Made by a program: the position numbers and the translations under genes
Part shown: one piece after another, positions 17,800-28,701 of the stretch
Position numbering within the stretch: position 1 is the first letter of the stretch
Layout: every line of letters begins with the position of its first letter
The notes under the pieces: model-generated
What the model saw: only the letters and a program-made list of their open reading frames with translations
Told to the model about the DNA's origin: nothing
Database searches by the model: none
Assembly: GCA_012720075.1 (NCBI GenBank)
Contig: JAAXZE010000007.1
Coordinates: 465 to 64,464, forward strand
Direction: 5' to 3'
Length of the DNA stretch: 64,000 nucleotides
From: Clostridia bacterium
GTDB lineage: Bacteria; Bacillota; Peptococcia; Peptococcales; BICA1-8

Positions 17800-17970
17800 C
17801 CTCGGAAAAGCTGTGCTTTGAAAATAATTCAAAGCTAGACTTTTTCTAATTGGTATCTTCTCCAATATTTACATGTAATATTTATTTTTTTCGATTGAGG
17901 TTTCAAAGAAACGGGTAATAAATTATGATATAATCACAACTTAGAAGAAGATAAGCGGTGGTGGAAACTT

Positions 17971-19953
17971 ATGACAGACAAGTTTAAATTGGTATCTGAT
18001 TTCAGGCCCCGGGGCGATCAGCCCAAAGCCATTGCCCAATTGGTGGACGGATTATATAGAGGCTTGCCCAAGCAAACCCTTTTAGGTGTAACAGGTTCGG
18101 GCAAAACTTATACTATGGCCAATGTCATTGCTGAGGTTAACCGGCCTACCCTGGTAATTGCCCATAATAAGACTTTGGCGGCTCAGCTTTGCAGTGAGTT
18201 CAAGGAATTTTTCCCTGAAAACGCCGTGGAGTATTTTGTCAGCTATTATGACTATTACCAGCCGGAGGCATACATTCCCTATACCGATACTTATATTGAA
18301 AAGGATGCGCAAATTAATGAAGAAATTGAAAAGTTGAGACACTCGGCTACCTCGGCTCTTTTTGAAAGACGGGATGTAATTATTGTGGCCAGTGTTTCTT
18401 GCATATATGGTTTAGGTTCCCCCGAGGATTATAAAAACCAAACCTTATCCCTTAGGGTAGGGCAGGAATACGATAGGGATAAGATTTTAAGAAAACTGGT
18501 GGATATTCAATATGAACGGAATGACGTTAACTTTGTGAGGGGTACTTTCCGGGTGAGGGGCGATGTCATCGAGGTATTGCCGGCTTCGCTGACGGAAAAG
18601 GCTTTAAGAATTGAAATGTTTGGCGATGAGATAGAGCGGATTTTGGAGATTGATACAGTTACCGGCGAGATAATAGGTCAGCGCCAACATGTAAGTATTT
18701 TCCCGGCAACCCATTATATTACCGCTCCTGAATATTTAGAAACCGCTATCCAAAATATCGAAAAGGAATTGGAAGAAAGTCTTCAGGAACTGCGCAGCCA
18801 GAATAAGCTCCTGGAGGCCCAAAGGCTGGAACAGAGGACCCGTTATGACCTGGAAATGATCCGAGAGGTAGGTTTTTGTACCGGGATAGAAAACTATTCC
18901 CGCCATTTAACGGGAAGAAAACCGGGGGAACCCCCCTATACTCTTTTGGACTATTTTCCTGAGGATTATTTGATAATGATTGATGAATCCCATGTTACCA
19001 TTCCACAAATAGGCGGGATGTATGAAGGAGACCGGTCCCGCAAAACCAATTTGGTAGAGTACGGTTTTAGGCTGCCCTCGGCCTTGGATAACAGACCTTT
19101 AAAATTCCATGAATTCGAAGAAAAAATCGGGCAGACAATTTTTGTTTCCGCAACTCCCGGTCCTTATGAGCTAAAACACAGCAGCCAGATTGTGGAACAA
19201 ATTATCAGGCCTACCGGTTTGGTTGACCCTGAAGTAGAGGTTAGACCGGTCAAAGGTCAGATTGATGACCTCTTTGACGAAATAAAGAACAGAGTGGAAC
19301 GGGGCGAAAGGGTGCTTATTACTACCCTTACTAAAAAAATGGCTGAGGACCTGACTGATTATTTTAAAGAGGCCGGTCTTAAGGTTCGCTATCTTCACTC
19401 AGAAATAAAAACCATTGAAAGAATGGAAATTTTAAGAGATTTGCGCCTGGGCGTTTTTGATGTTTTAGTAGGAATAAACCTATTGCGGGAAGGGTTGGAT
19501 TTACCGGAGGTCTCCTTGGTGGCTATTTTGGATGCCGATAAAGAAGGCTTTCTCCGCTCGGACCGTTCATTAATCCAGACTATCGGTCGGGCTGCCCGAA
19601 ATGTTAACGGCAAGGTTATCATGTATGCCGATAAAATCACCGGCTCCATGGAGCGAGCCATCAATGAGACTAACCGGAGGCGAGCTTTACAAATAGCTTT
19701 TAATAAGGAGCATAATATTACTCCCCAATCCGTTAAAAAATCGGTGCGGGATATTATCGAAGCCACTAAAGTGGCTGAAAAAGAACCTGAATATAAGCTA
19801 TCCCAGCAAAATGTGGATAAGATGTCTAAGGATCAATTAAAGAAAATGATCAAGGATCTGGAAAAGGAAATGCAGGAAGCGGCCCGGGCTTTGGAATTCG
19901 AACGAGCCGCTTTGATCAGGGATTTGATTATCGAACTCAAAGGGAAACTATAG
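17971..19953 (+). CDS. uvrB: Excinuclease ABC subunit B
   Basis: [12 protein letters not shown], helicase motifs and a C-terminal UVR domain ([11 protein letters not shown]). Confidence 0.97.
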   Translation: MTDKFKLVSDFRPRGDQPKAIAQLVDGLYRGLPKQTLLGVTGSGKTYTMANVIAEVNRPTLVIAHNKTLAAQLCSEFKEFFPENAVEYFVSYYDYYQPEAYIPYTDTYIEKDAQINEEIEKLRHSATSALFERRDVIIVASVSCIYGLGSPEDYKNQTLSLRVGQEYDRDKILRKLVDIQYERNDVNFVRGTFRVRGDVIEVLPASLTEKALRIEMFGDEIERILEIDTVTGEIIGQRQHVSIFPATHYITAPEYLETAIQNIEKELEESLQELRSQNKLLEAQRLEQRTRYDLEMIREVGFCTGIENYSRHLTGRKPGEPPYTLLDYFPEDYLIMIDESHVTIPQIGGMYEGDRSRKTNLVEYGFRLPSALDNRPLKFHEFEEKIGQTIFVSATPGPYELKHSSQIVEQIIRPTGLVDPEVEVRPVKGQIDDLFDEIKNRVERGERVLITTLTKKMAEDLTDYFKEAGLKVRYLHSEIKTIERMEILRDLRLGVFDVLVGINLLREGLDLPEVSLVAILDADKEGFLRSDRSLIQTIGRAARNVNGKVIMYADKITGSMERAINETNRRRALQIAFNKEHNITPQSVKKSVRDIIEATKVAEKEPEYKLSQQNVDKMSKDQLKKMIKDLEKEMQEAARALEFERAALIRDLIIELKGKL

Positions 19954-19954
19954 G

Positions 19955-20290
19955 CTTTGGGGCTATTTTTGGGGTCGGCATGACGGCGTGACGTCTTTGG
20001 GGTTACAATGCACGTCAGTATGACGTCTTACAGGTTATGTCACAGGTCCGCATGACGGCCTACAGGTTATATTTTAGGTCCGCATAATGGTTTAGGTGAT
20101 AATTTACAGAAAATATTTATATTTTGCTGACCCATGATATTGGCTTGGTAGACGTCATGCTGACCAAAAAGTAGCGGAGGAGCCGTCATGCCGTCCCAAA
20201 ATGTTGCCTGTTAGCCGTCATGCAGACCCTAGAGTTTAACCCGTTAGCTGTAATGCTTGACCCTAAAAGATGACCCACTAGCTACAGGAG
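19955..20290. repeat. Imperfect palindrome of about 335 nt built from four degenerate ~32-nt units per arm (core GCATGACG / CGTCATGC)
   Basis: Left-arm cores at 19978, 20018, 20050 and 20082. Right-arm inverse cores at 20153, 20184, 20216 and 20249. Symmetry centre near 20120. Confidence 0.85.
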
Positions 20291-20299
20291 GGAATAGAC

Positions 20300-23128
20300 A
20301 TGGCCAAAGATAAAATCATAATCAAAGGAGCGAGGGTAAATAACCTTAAAAACATAGATATTGAAATACCCAGGGATAAATTTGTAGTAATAACCGGTCT
20401 CAGCGGCTCGGGAAAGTCTTCTTTAGCTTTTGATACCATTTATGCTGAAGGACAGCGCAGATATGTGGAATCTTTATCTGCCTATGCCCGGCAGTTTTTG
20501 GGCCAGATGGATAAGCCTGACGTTGATTATATCGAGGGCTTATCACCGGCCATATCCATTGACCAGAAAACTACCAACCGTAATCCCCGGTCAACGGTGG
20601 GCACGGTAACGGAAATCTACGATTATCTTCGGTTGTTATTTGCCCGGATTGGAGTACCCCACTGTTATAAATGCGGCACGCCCATAGCCCAGCAAACCGT
20701 CCAGCAGATGGTAGACCAACTGATGAGCTATCCTGAAAGAACCAAATTGCAGATTTTAGCGCCGGTTATCCGGGGACGAAAAGGTGAGCACAGGAAAGTA
20801 CTGGAGGATTTAAAAAAAAGCGGTTATGTGCGGGTTATGGTAAATGGAGAGTTGAGGGAATTAAGTGAAGAAATCATCTTGGATAAAAATAAAAAGCATA
20901 ACATTGAGGTGGTGGTTGACCGGGTAATTATCAAGGAAGGTGTGGAAAGCCGGTTGGCAGATTCGCTGGAAACGGCCTTAAATTTATCGGAAGGCGTAGT
21001 CAATGTGGATATTATTGACGGGGAAAGGCTGGTTTTTAGCCAGAATTTTGCCTGTGTTGACTGCGGTATCAGTTTTCCGGAGATTACCCCTCGAATGTTT
21101 TCCTTTAACAGTCCTTATGGGGCCTGCCCCGAATGTGACGGTTTAGGAACAAAACTGGAAATAGAGCCGGATTTGGTTATACCGGACTGGACTTTGTCCC
21201 TGGCTGAAGGAGCCATAGCCCCCTGGAGTAAAAATACCAACGGTTATTATCAGCAAATTTTGGCGGCGGTGGGTAAGCATTATGGTTTCAGCATGCATAC
21301 TCCTGTCGGCAAATTGCAGCCGGAACATATTCATGTTATTTTATATGGCTCCGGCAATGAAAAAATTAGAATAAAATATACCAATATGTATAATGAAACC
21401 CGGGTTTATGACTCTGTCTTTGAAGGGGTCATCCCCAATCTCTACCGGCGGTATCTGGAGACCCAGTCCGAGTTGTCTAAGGCCGAGACGGAACAGTATA
21501 TGACCAATAAACCCTGTCCCCGATGCAAAGGCGCTCGGCTGAAACCTGAGGTTTTGGCGGTAAAAATCGCCGGAAAAAATATTTCGGAAGTTACGGATAT
21601 GACGGTTTCAGAAATTAAGAATTTCTTTGATAATTTAAAGCTTACGGAGAGAGAGTTACTTATTGGCCGTCAGGTTCTGAAAGAAATTAAGGAAAGGTTG
21701 AACTTTCTGGTCACGGTAGGTTTGGATTATTTGACCTTAAGCAGGACTGCCGCTACATTGTCCGGAGGTGAAGCCCAGCGGATCAGACTGGCGACCCAGA
21801 TAGGGTCAGGGTTGGTCGGTGTTCTTTATATCCTGGACGAGCCCAGCATCGGTTTGCATCAACGGGATAATGACCGTTTGATTGAGGCTTTAAAACATTT
21901 GCGGGATATCGGCAATACTTTAATCGTTGTGGAACATGACGAAGACACTATGCTGGCCGCCGATCATATCATAGATATAGGTCCGGGGGCCGGAGCCCAT
22001 GGCGGGAAGGTAGTAGCCCAGGGTACCATCGAAGAAATCAAGGCGGTTAAAGAATCCATTACCGGCCAATATCTATCCGGTGCCAAGAAAATTCCCGTTC
22101 CGTTAATCAGGCGCCCTCCCAATGGCAAATGGATAAGGGTCAAAGGCGCCACTGAAAACAATCTGAAAAATCTGGATGTCGCTTTTCCTTTAGGGGTTTT
22201 CACCTGTGTCACCGGGGTTTCAGGTTCCGGCAAAAGTACCCTGGTCAATGAAATCCTTTATAAAGGCCTTATAAGGAAACTGTATAAAAACTCCAAAGTG
22301 GAACCCGGTCAACATATTTCCATAGAAGGTGCGGAGCACCTGGATAAAATAATCGACATAGACCAGTCCCCCATCGGCCGGACGCCCCGGTCTAATCCGG
22401 CTACCTATACATCGGTTTTTGATGCCATCAGGGAGATTTTTGCCCAAACTCCTGAGGCCCGGATGCGGGGCTATAAACCCGGTCGCTTTAGTTTTAACGT
22501 AAAAGGGGGCCGCTGTGAGGCATGCCGGGGAGATGGAATAATTAAAATTGAGATGCATTTTCTGCCTGACGTTTATGTGCCTTGTGAAGTATGTAAGGGT
22601 CAGCGCTATAATCGGGAAACCCTGGAGATTAAATATAAAGGGAAAAATATTGCCCAAGTTTTGGATATGACGGTAGATGAGGCTGTTGAATTTTTCCAAA
22701 ACCTGCCTAAAATCTATCGCAAGCTGAAAACTCTACAGGATGTGGGGTTGGGTTATATCCGCCTGGGTCAGCCGGCTACCACTTTATCGGGCGGTGAAGC
22801 CCAAAGGGTTAAGTTGGCTACCGAACTTTCTCGCCGTAGTAATGGTAAAACCCTGTATATTCTGGATGAGCCTACAACGGGCCTGCATATAGCCGATATT
22901 CATAAACTTTTGGGGGTATTGGCCCGTTTAGTTGACGCCGGAGATACGGTAGTAGTTATCGAGCATAATTTGGATGTAATAAAATGTGCCGACTATGTCA
23001 TTGATTTAGGACCGGAAGGTGGCAATAAAGGGGGACAAATCATTGCTATCGGAACACCCGAAGAGATAGCCGGTGTAGAGGAGTCTTATACGGGACAATT
23101 CTTGCGCAAAGTGCTGAGCAAGGGATGA
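20300..23128 (+). CDS. uvrA: Excinuclease ABC subunit A
   Basis: Two ABC modules ([18 protein letters not shown]; two LSGGEAQR signatures) and zinc-finger cysteines. Confidence 0.97.
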   Translation: MAKDKIIIKGARVNNLKNIDIEIPRDKFVVITGLSGSGKSSLAFDTIYAEGQRRYVESLSAYARQFLGQMDKPDVDYIEGLSPAISIDQKTTNRNPRSTVGTVTEIYDYLRLLFARIGVPHCYKCGTPIAQQTVQQMVDQLMSYPERTKLQILAPVIRGRKGEHRKVLEDLKKSGYVRVMVNGELRELSEEIILDKNKKHNIEVVVDRVIIKEGVESRLADSLETALNLSEGVVNVDIIDGERLVFSQNFACVDCGISFPEITPRMFSFNSPYGACPECDGLGTKLEIEPDLVIPDWTLSLAEGAIAPWSKNTNGYYQQILAAVGKHYGFSMHTPVGKLQPEHIHVILYGSGNEKIRIKYTNMYNETRVYDSVFEGVIPNLYRRYLETQSELSKAETEQYMTNKPCPRCKGARLKPEVLAVKIAGKNISEVTDMTVSEIKNFFDNLKLTERELLIGRQVLKEIKERLNFLVTVGLDYLTLSRTAATLSGGEAQRIRLATQIGSGLVGVLYILDEPSIGLHQRDNDRLIEALKHLRDIGNTLIVVEHDEDTMLAADHIIDIGPGAGAHGGKVVAQGTIEEIKAVKESITGQYLSGAKKIPVPLIRRPPNGKWIRVKGATENNLKNLDVAFPLGVFTCVTGVSGSGKSTLVNEILYKGLIRKLYKNSKVEPGQHISIEGAEHLDKIIDIDQSPIGRTPRSNPATYTSVFDAIREIFAQTPEARMRGYKPGRFSFNVKGGRCEACRGDGIIKIEMHFLPDVYVPCEVCKGQRYNRETLEIKYKGKNIAQVLDMTVDEAVEFFQNLPKIYRKLKTLQDVGLGYIRLGQPATTLSGGEAQRVKLATELSRRSNGKTLYILDEPTTGLHIADIHKLLGVLARLVDAGDTVVVIEHNLDVIKCADYVIDLGPEGGNKGGQIIAIGTPEEIAGVEESYTGQFLRKVLSKG

Positions 23129-23365
23129 GCATGACGGCTCTAAAGCTATTCTGCACGTCAGTATTAAAACAATAACTAGCTTGATTACTACAGGCAGCTT
23201 GCGCAAAAAGTATTATAAAAAAACCGACCTAATATTTTACTTGGTAGACGTCACACCGACCCAATGTTTAACTCCGGTGACGTCACTCCGGCCTTATATC
23301 TAAACCCGTGAGCCGTCATGCTGACCCGAAAGATTGCAAAGCAGCCATCATGCCACCCAAGGGAG
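23129..23365. repeat. Second member of the GCATGACG/CGTCATGC element family, in the uvrA-uvrC spacer
   Basis: GCATGACGGC starts immediately after the uvrA stop. CTTGGTAGACGTCA (23240) is shared with 20144. GCCGTCATGCTGACCCGAAAGAT lies at 23302-23324. An internal ACTAGCTTGATTACTACAGG module lies at 23175-23194. Confidence 0.8.
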
Positions 23366-23374
23366 GTGACTTTC

Positions 23375-25234
23375 TTGTTGCAAGACAAAATTAACGCTTT
23401 ACCCGCGAAACCCGGAGTGTATCTAATGAAAAATGCCGAAGGGGAGATCATTTATGTGGGTAAAGCCGTTTCGCTGAAAAACAGGGTTAAATCCTATTTT
23501 CAAAGTAAAAGGCATGATTCGGCCAAAACCAGGGCTTTAGTTAAAAATATCGCCGATTTGGAATACATTATTACCGATAATGAACTGGAAGCCTTAATCT
23601 TGGAATGCAATTTGATTAAGAAACACAGGCCGAAATATAACATTAGCCTTAAAGATGATAAAACTTACCCTTATCTTAAGATAACCGCCGAAGAATTTCC
23701 CCGGGTTATTGTAACCCGTAAGGTTTATAAAGACGGAGCAAAATATTTCGGCCCCTATACCAGTGCCACAAGCCTCAGGGAAACCGTTGAATTATTAAAA
23801 AAGCTGTTTCCTTTCCGCAGTTGCAATCAAAAGGTATTTTCCAATGAGAGGCCTTGTCTGAACGCCTATATCAAAAGATGTCTGGCCCCCTGTCAGGGGG
23901 GTATTACCAGGGAACAGTACGGTGAAATCATTAAACAGGTTGAACTTTTTTTGGAAGGCAAACAAGAGGCTTTGATAATAAAGCTGGAAAATGAAATGGA
24001 ACAGGCGGCATTGAACCTGGAGTTTGAGCGGGCGGCCCAATTAAGGGACCAGATAATTAGTATTAAACAGGTTATAGAAAAACAGAAAATTGTTTCCGCC
24101 GGTGATGAAGACCAGGATGTTATGGCTATGGCCAGAGGTTTTAACGAAGTTTGTGTCCAGGTTTTTTTCATCAGAGGTGGAAAACTGATTGGCCGGGAGA
24201 ATTTCTTTTTAAAAGGGACCGATGATATGGAGCGTTCCGAAGTGCTGGAAGCTTTTATAAAGCAATACTACATTCAGCAGGATTTTGTACCCAAGGAAAT
24301 ACTGGTAGAAACCGAATTACCTGAAGTAAAGGTTCTGGAACAATGGCTTTCAGAAAAGAAGGGACAACGGGTATATATCAAGGTCCCCAAAAAAGGAGAA
24401 AGAAAGGAACTCTTGGAACTGGTAGCCAAAAATGCCTTAGAGGCTATGGAAAAAGCGGACCTGGAAAGAGAGCAGAAGAAAAGTATGACTGAAGGAGCTT
24501 TATTGGAATTGCAAAAAGAACTGGCTTTGCCCAAGCTGCCCCTTCGTATTGAATGTTATGATATATCCAATACCCAAGGAACGGAAACTGTAGCTTCAAT
24601 GGTAGTCTTTGAAGGCGGTAAGCCTAAAAAGGACCAATACCGCAGGTTCAGGATAAAAACGGTGGAAGGCCCTAATGACTTTGCCAGTATGTACGAGGTA
24701 ATAACCCGCAGATTTCGTAACGCCAGGGAAGAAAACAACTCCGGCGACCAAGGGAAATTTTCATCTTTGCCCGATTTGGTCATTATTGACGGTGGTAAAG
24801 GACAATTGCAGTCTGCCAGGAAAGCCATGGAGGAGCAGGGGTATGCTTATATCCCCACCTATGGCCTGGCCAAGCGGGAGGAATGGCTTTTTTTCGAAGA
24901 GGAATCGGAGCCCATTATCCTACCCCGTTCTTCCAAGGCCCTCTTTCTTCTGCAGCGGATCAGAGACGAAGCTCACCGTTTTGCTATAACTTATCACAGA
25001 AGCTTACGGGGTAAAAGGAACTTGGCTTCCATCCTGGATGATATCCATGGTATTGGGGAGAAAAGAAAGAAAAAACTCCTGCAGCATTTCGGCTCTTTTA
25101 AAAAAATTCAATCGGCAAGTATTGAAGAGCTTCAAGAGGTAGAAGGAATTAACCGCAAAGTTGCCGAAGCAGTATACGATTACCTTCGCACTCACCAGGA
25201 TTTATTGCTTAGAACTAGAAATAGTGAGGATTAA
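23375..25234 (+). CDS. uvrC: Excinuclease ABC subunit C
   Basis: GIY-YIG (GVYLMKNAEGEIIYVGKA), UVR domain, endonuclease and HhH2 C-terminus. TTG 23375 lies 8 nt after GGAGG; the listed ORF start 23318 lies inside the repeat. Confidence 0.93.
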   Translation: MLQDKINALPAKPGVYLMKNAEGEIIYVGKAVSLKNRVKSYFQSKRHDSAKTRALVKNIADLEYIITDNELEALILECNLIKKHRPKYNISLKDDKTYPYLKITAEEFPRVIVTRKVYKDGAKYFGPYTSATSLRETVELLKKLFPFRSCNQKVFSNERPCLNAYIKRCLAPCQGGITREQYGEIIKQVELFLEGKQEALIIKLENEMEQAALNLEFERAAQLRDQIISIKQVIEKQKIVSAGDEDQDVMAMARGFNEVCVQVFFIRGGKLIGRENFFLKGTDDMERSEVLEAFIKQYYIQQDFVPKEILVETELPEVKVLEQWLSEKKGQRVYIKVPKKGERKELLELVAKNALEAMEKADLEREQKKSMTEGALLELQKELALPKLPLRIECYDISNTQGTETVASMVVFEGGKPKKDQYRRFRIKTVEGPNDFASMYEVITRRFRNAREENNSGDQGKFSSLPDLVIIDGGKGQLQSARKAMEEQGYAYIPTYGLAKREEWLFFEEESEPIILPRSSKALFLLQRIRDEAHRFAITYHRSLRGKRNLASILDDIHGIGEKRKKKLLQHFGSFKKIQSASIEELQEVEGINRKVAEAVYDYLRTHQDLLLRTRNSED

Positions 25235-25239
25235 ATTAA

Positions 25240-25392
25240 AGATTACGCCAACATTGTTGGCTATCTTACGCCTTGCTAGATTAAAGGTTGAGGTTAAGGT
25301 TAAAGGGTATTAACGTGACATCATGATACCAACCATTTCAATTTTTTTTAAGCTTTCGATGTCACGGCGTCACGGTGACACGATGTCACAAA
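25240..25392. repeat. Composite intergenic repeat, module order B(rc)-E(rc)-A(rc)
   Basis: Reverse complement is collinear with 2888-3043. Contains the palindrome GCCAACATTGTTGGC and a duplicated TTACGCC. Confidence 0.85.
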
Positions 25393-25432
25393 ATCTTTGT
25401 CATCAGTAACTATTTATAAGGGGGTGTGTGGA

Positions 25433-25774
25433 ATGAGAGGGTGGGTTGTTCGTTGGATTCTTAACGGAGTGGCTTTACTGCTTACTTCCGCTCTGATATC
25501 AGGTATCGAAGTCAATGGCATCCTGGCGGCTTTATTTGCAGCCCTGATATTAGGTATTGTAAATGCCGTTATTCGACCCATCATTTTACTTCTTACCTTG
25601 CCAATTAATTTACTTACTTTGGGCTTGTTTACTTTAGCGATTAACGGGTTTATGCTGAAGATTACCAGCATTGTGATAAACGGTTTTGAAGTCGGAGGTT
25701 TTTGGGCTGCTACAATTGGAGCTTTAGTGTTATCCATTATCAGTTCCATTTTGAATGCCCTTGTTATCGACTAA
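25433..25774 (+). CDS. Small 4-TM membrane protein (phage holin family 4 / DUF360-like)
   Basis: MRGWVVRWILNGVALLLTS.. with four hydrophobic helices. ATG 25433 follows GGGGG; the listed ORF begins earlier inside the repeat. Confidence 0.7.
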   Translation: MRGWVVRWILNGVALLLTSALISGIEVNGILAALFAALILGIVNAVIRPIILLLTLPINLLTLGLFTLAINGFMLKITSIVINGFEVGGFWAATIGALVLSIISSILNALVID

Positions 25775-25777
25775 AAA

Positions 25778-25895
25778 TCAGTGTGTAAGTATGACATCTT
25801 AAATTTTATTCTGATTTTCAGTGTGTTTGTGAGTAAGAGATTTTTTAATACTATAGCACTAACCCACTTAAACACTTATGCACTCACTAGCAACT
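25778..25895. repeat. Palindromic word element (GTGTGTAAG/GTGAGTAAG left, CACTTAAACAC/CACTCAC right) ending at the cof RBS
   Basis: Left CAGTGTGTAAG (25780) and CAGTGTGTTTGTGAGTAAG (25820). Right ACCCACTTAAACACTTATGCACTCACTAGCAAC (25862-25894). Confidence 0.7.
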
Positions 25896-25910
25896 TACGA
25901 GGAGGATTAT

Positions 25911-26699
25911 ATGACTTACAAGTTGATTGCCGTTGACTTAGATGATACTCTTTTACGAAATGACTTAACCATTTCCGATAGGGCAAAAAGAGCCATCCAA
26001 GCTGCTATGGACAAAGGGACCCTTGTCACCTTTGCAACCGGCAGGATGTATCGTTCGGCTTTGCCCTATGCTCTTGCTCTTGGTTTGGACTTGCCGCTAA
26101 TAACCTATCAAGGTGCTCTGGTAAAATACGCCGACGGCCGGCAGGTGTACCATCGGCCCATTGACTTATCAATAGCACGAGAGATTATAAATTTAGGTAA
26201 GCAATGGGGTATTCATATTAATGTTTATATCAATGATGAATTATATATGGAGACCGAAACCCAATGGGGGAAGGATTATGCTGCCAAAGTAAGAGTTCCT
26301 GTCAACTTATTGGATTTACCTTTGGGCTTAAACCAAAACCCTACCAAAATACTTTTTCTTGATGAACCGGAAGTATTGGATATGGCAGCTCAAAAGCTGG
26401 CGGAACGATTTAAAGATGCAATTAATTTAACCAAATCCAAGAATACCTATTTAGAAATTTCCCACCCTAAAGCCACCAAGGGCAATGCCTTGAAGGAATT
26501 GGCTCAATCTCTGCAAATAAGGCGGGAAGAAGTTATGGCCATAGGTGATAATTTAAATGATTTAGATATGATTAATTATGCAGGTTGCGGCGTAGCTGTG
26601 GGAAATGCTGTCCAAGCTTTAAAAGAAGCCGCTGATTTTATAACCGGTACTAATGATGATGATGGTGTAGCAGAGGCCATTGAAAAACTGGTATTATAA
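25911..26699 (+). CDS. Cof-type HAD-IIB phosphatase
   Basis: Motif I AVDLDDTLL. C-terminal GDNLNDLDM. GAGGAGG SD upstream of ATG 25911. Confidence 0.85.
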   Translation: MTYKLIAVDLDDTLLRNDLTISDRAKRAIQAAMDKGTLVTFATGRMYRSALPYALALGLDLPLITYQGALVKYADGRQVYHRPIDLSIAREIINLGKQWGIHINVYINDELYMETETQWGKDYAAKVRVPVNLLDLPLGLNQNPTKILFLDEPEVLDMAAQKLAERFKDAINLTKSKNTYLEISHPKATKGNALKELAQSLQIRREEVMAIGDNLNDLDMINYAGCGVAVGNAVQALKEAADFITGTNDDDGVAEAIEKLVL

Positions 26700-26816
26700 T
26701 TGGAGGATTTATACAATTTTACCGAAATTATTAATTTTTTATAATTATATGCAGGAATTGAAAAATATACGTCGAAATATTTATAAAAATGGATATCTGT
26801 GGAGGTAATCAAAATA

Positions 26817-27011
26817 ATGAATAGTGCCTCTGAAAAGCTTTTACAAAGGGAAATGGAAAAAGCAAGGCGCCGCCTGCATGCTTATGTTAATGGTGATATA
26901 AGCCTCTTGTTAAATGAGGAAACCTACCGGCTTAGTACGGAGCTGGACCGGCTTATTGTCAATTTAATGAAAAAAAGCCAAAGAAATAAAATGCAAAAAA
27001 CTCAACTTTAA
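26817..27011 (+). CDS. Spo0E-family aspartyl-phosphate phosphatase-like small protein
   Basis: 64 aa, helical, with STELDRLIVNLMKK matching the Spo0E SxxLDxLI signature. GGAGG SD. Confidence 0.6.
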   Translation: MNSASEKLLQREMEKARRRLHAYVNGDISLLLNEETYRLSTELDRLIVNLMKKSQRNKMQKTQL

Positions 27012-27034
27012 TTAAGTTGGGTTATTTTTTTTCT
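27001..27034 (+). terminator. Intrinsic terminator
   Basis: CTCAACTT-TAATT-AAGTTGGG hairpin followed by TTATTTTTTTT. Confidence 0.7.
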
Positions 27035-27121
27035 AAACTAATACTAAAAAAAAGGGTAAAATAGTATTTAAGAAAATTTATAGTTTATAAGGAATAAGTA
27101 AAGTAAAGATGGAGGAGTAGT

Positions 27122-27868
27122 ATGGAACTGAAGATAGATTTACATACCCATACCATAGCCAGTGGGCATGCCTACAGTACGTTGCTGGAAAATTTACAAG
27201 AAGCTAAGGCCAAGGGCTTGAAAATGTTGGCTCTAACCGATCACGGGCCACAACTAGCCGGTGGGCCCCAGTTATTTTATTTCGGTAACTTAAGAGTTTT
27301 GCCCCGGGAATATTTAGGAATAGAATTATTGCGGGGAGTGGAAGCCAATATTTTAGACTGTGAAGGCACCTTAGACTTGCCTGACAGATACCTGGCAAAA
27401 TTGGATATTGTTTTGGCGGGTTTTCACCCCGGATGTTACGTTAGCAAAGACGTGGAGGAGAATACACGGGCCCTTATTAAAGCCATGCAACATCCCTATG
27501 TTGATGTCATTACCCATCCGGGAAATCCCGAATATCCCATTGACCAGGAAAAACTGGTGGAAGCCTCCAAGGAGTTAGGAGTAGCCCTGGAGATTAACAA
27601 CAGTTCTTTAGTGGGAAGTCGCAAGGGAAGTCTGGAAAATTGTCGGAAGATTGCGGGATTGGCTGCTGAAAAAAGTTCCTTAATTGCCGTTGGCAGTGAT
27701 GCCCATTGGGCACCGGCTGTGGGGGAATTGTCGAAAGCCATAGAATTAATTACTGAGTTCGGCATAAAAGAGGAACAAATATTAAATAGCAGTCCAGACA
27801 AAGTGCGAAATTATTTAGCCAGGAAAAAAGGACCCAATCCTATTCATGTAGCTTCCCCACAGGTTTAG
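27122..27868 (+). CDS. PHP-domain phosphoesterase (YcdX-like)
   Basis: DLHTHTIASGHA, LTDHGP and GSDAH metal-ligand motifs. Confidence 0.8.
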   Translation: MELKIDLHTHTIASGHAYSTLLENLQEAKAKGLKMLALTDHGPQLAGGPQLFYFGNLRVLPREYLGIELLRGVEANILDCEGTLDLPDRYLAKLDIVLAGFHPGCYVSKDVEENTRALIKAMQHPYVDVITHPGNPEYPIDQEKLVEASKELGVALEINNSSLVGSRKGSLENCRKIAGLAAEKSSLIAVGSDAHWAPAVGELSKAIELITEFGIKEEQILNSSPDKVRNYLARKKGPNPIHVASPQV

Positions 27869-27922
27869 AGGCCGGATAAAAGGATACACTATACCAAAGA
27901 ATTTTATAAGGGGTATCCTAAA

Positions 27923-28657
27923 GTGGACTTTTATGGGGATTATCATGTCCATACCCAATACAGCGACGGACGGGCTTCCGTTATTGAAATGGTTGAGGCG
28001 GCCCGTTTAAAAGGGCTGAAGGAAGTTGGTATTGCCGATCATGGGCCTGCCAATATCGGAACCGGAGTAAAAACCGCTGAAACTTATTTAAAGATAAAGG
28101 ATGAGGTTCAAAAATTGTCGGATACTTTTCCCGGGCTCAAAATACTGGTAGGAGCCGAGGCCAACATAGTTGGTTTAGCCGGTGAACTGGATATTAATAA
28201 TAGGGTAATCAAAGAATTGGATTACCTTCTGGTTGGCCTTCACCCTTATGTTAAGCCTGATGATCTAAAAACGGCCTGGAATTATGTCTTGAGAAATCAG
28301 CTGGTAAAAATTTATAAAGGACTCAAAGAAAAAGTAAAGAATATAAATACAAAGACTTTAATAGATAGTTTATATAAGTATAATGTTCTGGCTGTTACCC
28401 ATCCGGGGTTAAAAATGGATGTCGACTATCAGGAATTGACCCGGGCTTGTATTAAGACCAATACTGCCTTAGAAATAAATACCGGTCATTATTTCCCCGG
28501 AATAAGTGAACTATTAGCCATTGCCGACAGCGGAGTTAATTTTATCGTAAATAGTGATGCCCATTTCCCGGAAACGGTAGGGGAATTTGATTATGGAAGT
28601 TATATCTTAACCAAGGTCGGTATACCGGAGGAGAGGGTTCTAAATTCGGTCAGATAG
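27923..28657 (+). CDS. PHP-domain phosphatase (histidinol-phosphatase family)
   Basis: DYHVHTQYSDG, IADHGP and NSDAH motifs. GTG start. Confidence 0.8.
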   Translation: MDFYGDYHVHTQYSDGRASVIEMVEAARLKGLKEVGIADHGPANIGTGVKTAETYLKIKDEVQKLSDTFPGLKILVGAEANIVGLAGELDINNRVIKELDYLLVGLHPYVKPDDLKTAWNYVLRNQLVKIYKGLKEKVKNINTKTLIDSLYKYNVLAVTHPGLKMDVDYQELTRACIKTNTALEINTGHYFPGISELLAIADSGVNFIVNSDAHFPETVGEFDYGSYILTKVGIPEERVLNSVR

Positions 28658-28701
28658 AGGCCCTGGTGAACGGTAGCTCAAAATAGAAAGGTTGTTTTTT
28701 T

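Noticed and set aside
17830-17970. Expected LexA (Cheo-box GAAC-N4-GTTC) operator upstream of uvrB.
   Set aside because: I could not find a convincing match in the uvrB, uvrA or uvrC upstream regions. Only an extended -10 (TGATATAAT, 17926-17934) is recognisable, so no SOS box is reported.
19954-20299. Possible degenerate CRISPR array, suggested by repeats phased at about 32 nt. The same applies to 5495-5765 and 1551-1620.
   Set aside because: The conserved cores are only 8-15 nt and the period is about 31 nt rather than about 60-70 nt. The arms are mutually inverted, no cas genes are nearby, and the sequence between cores is itself part of a degenerate repeated unit.
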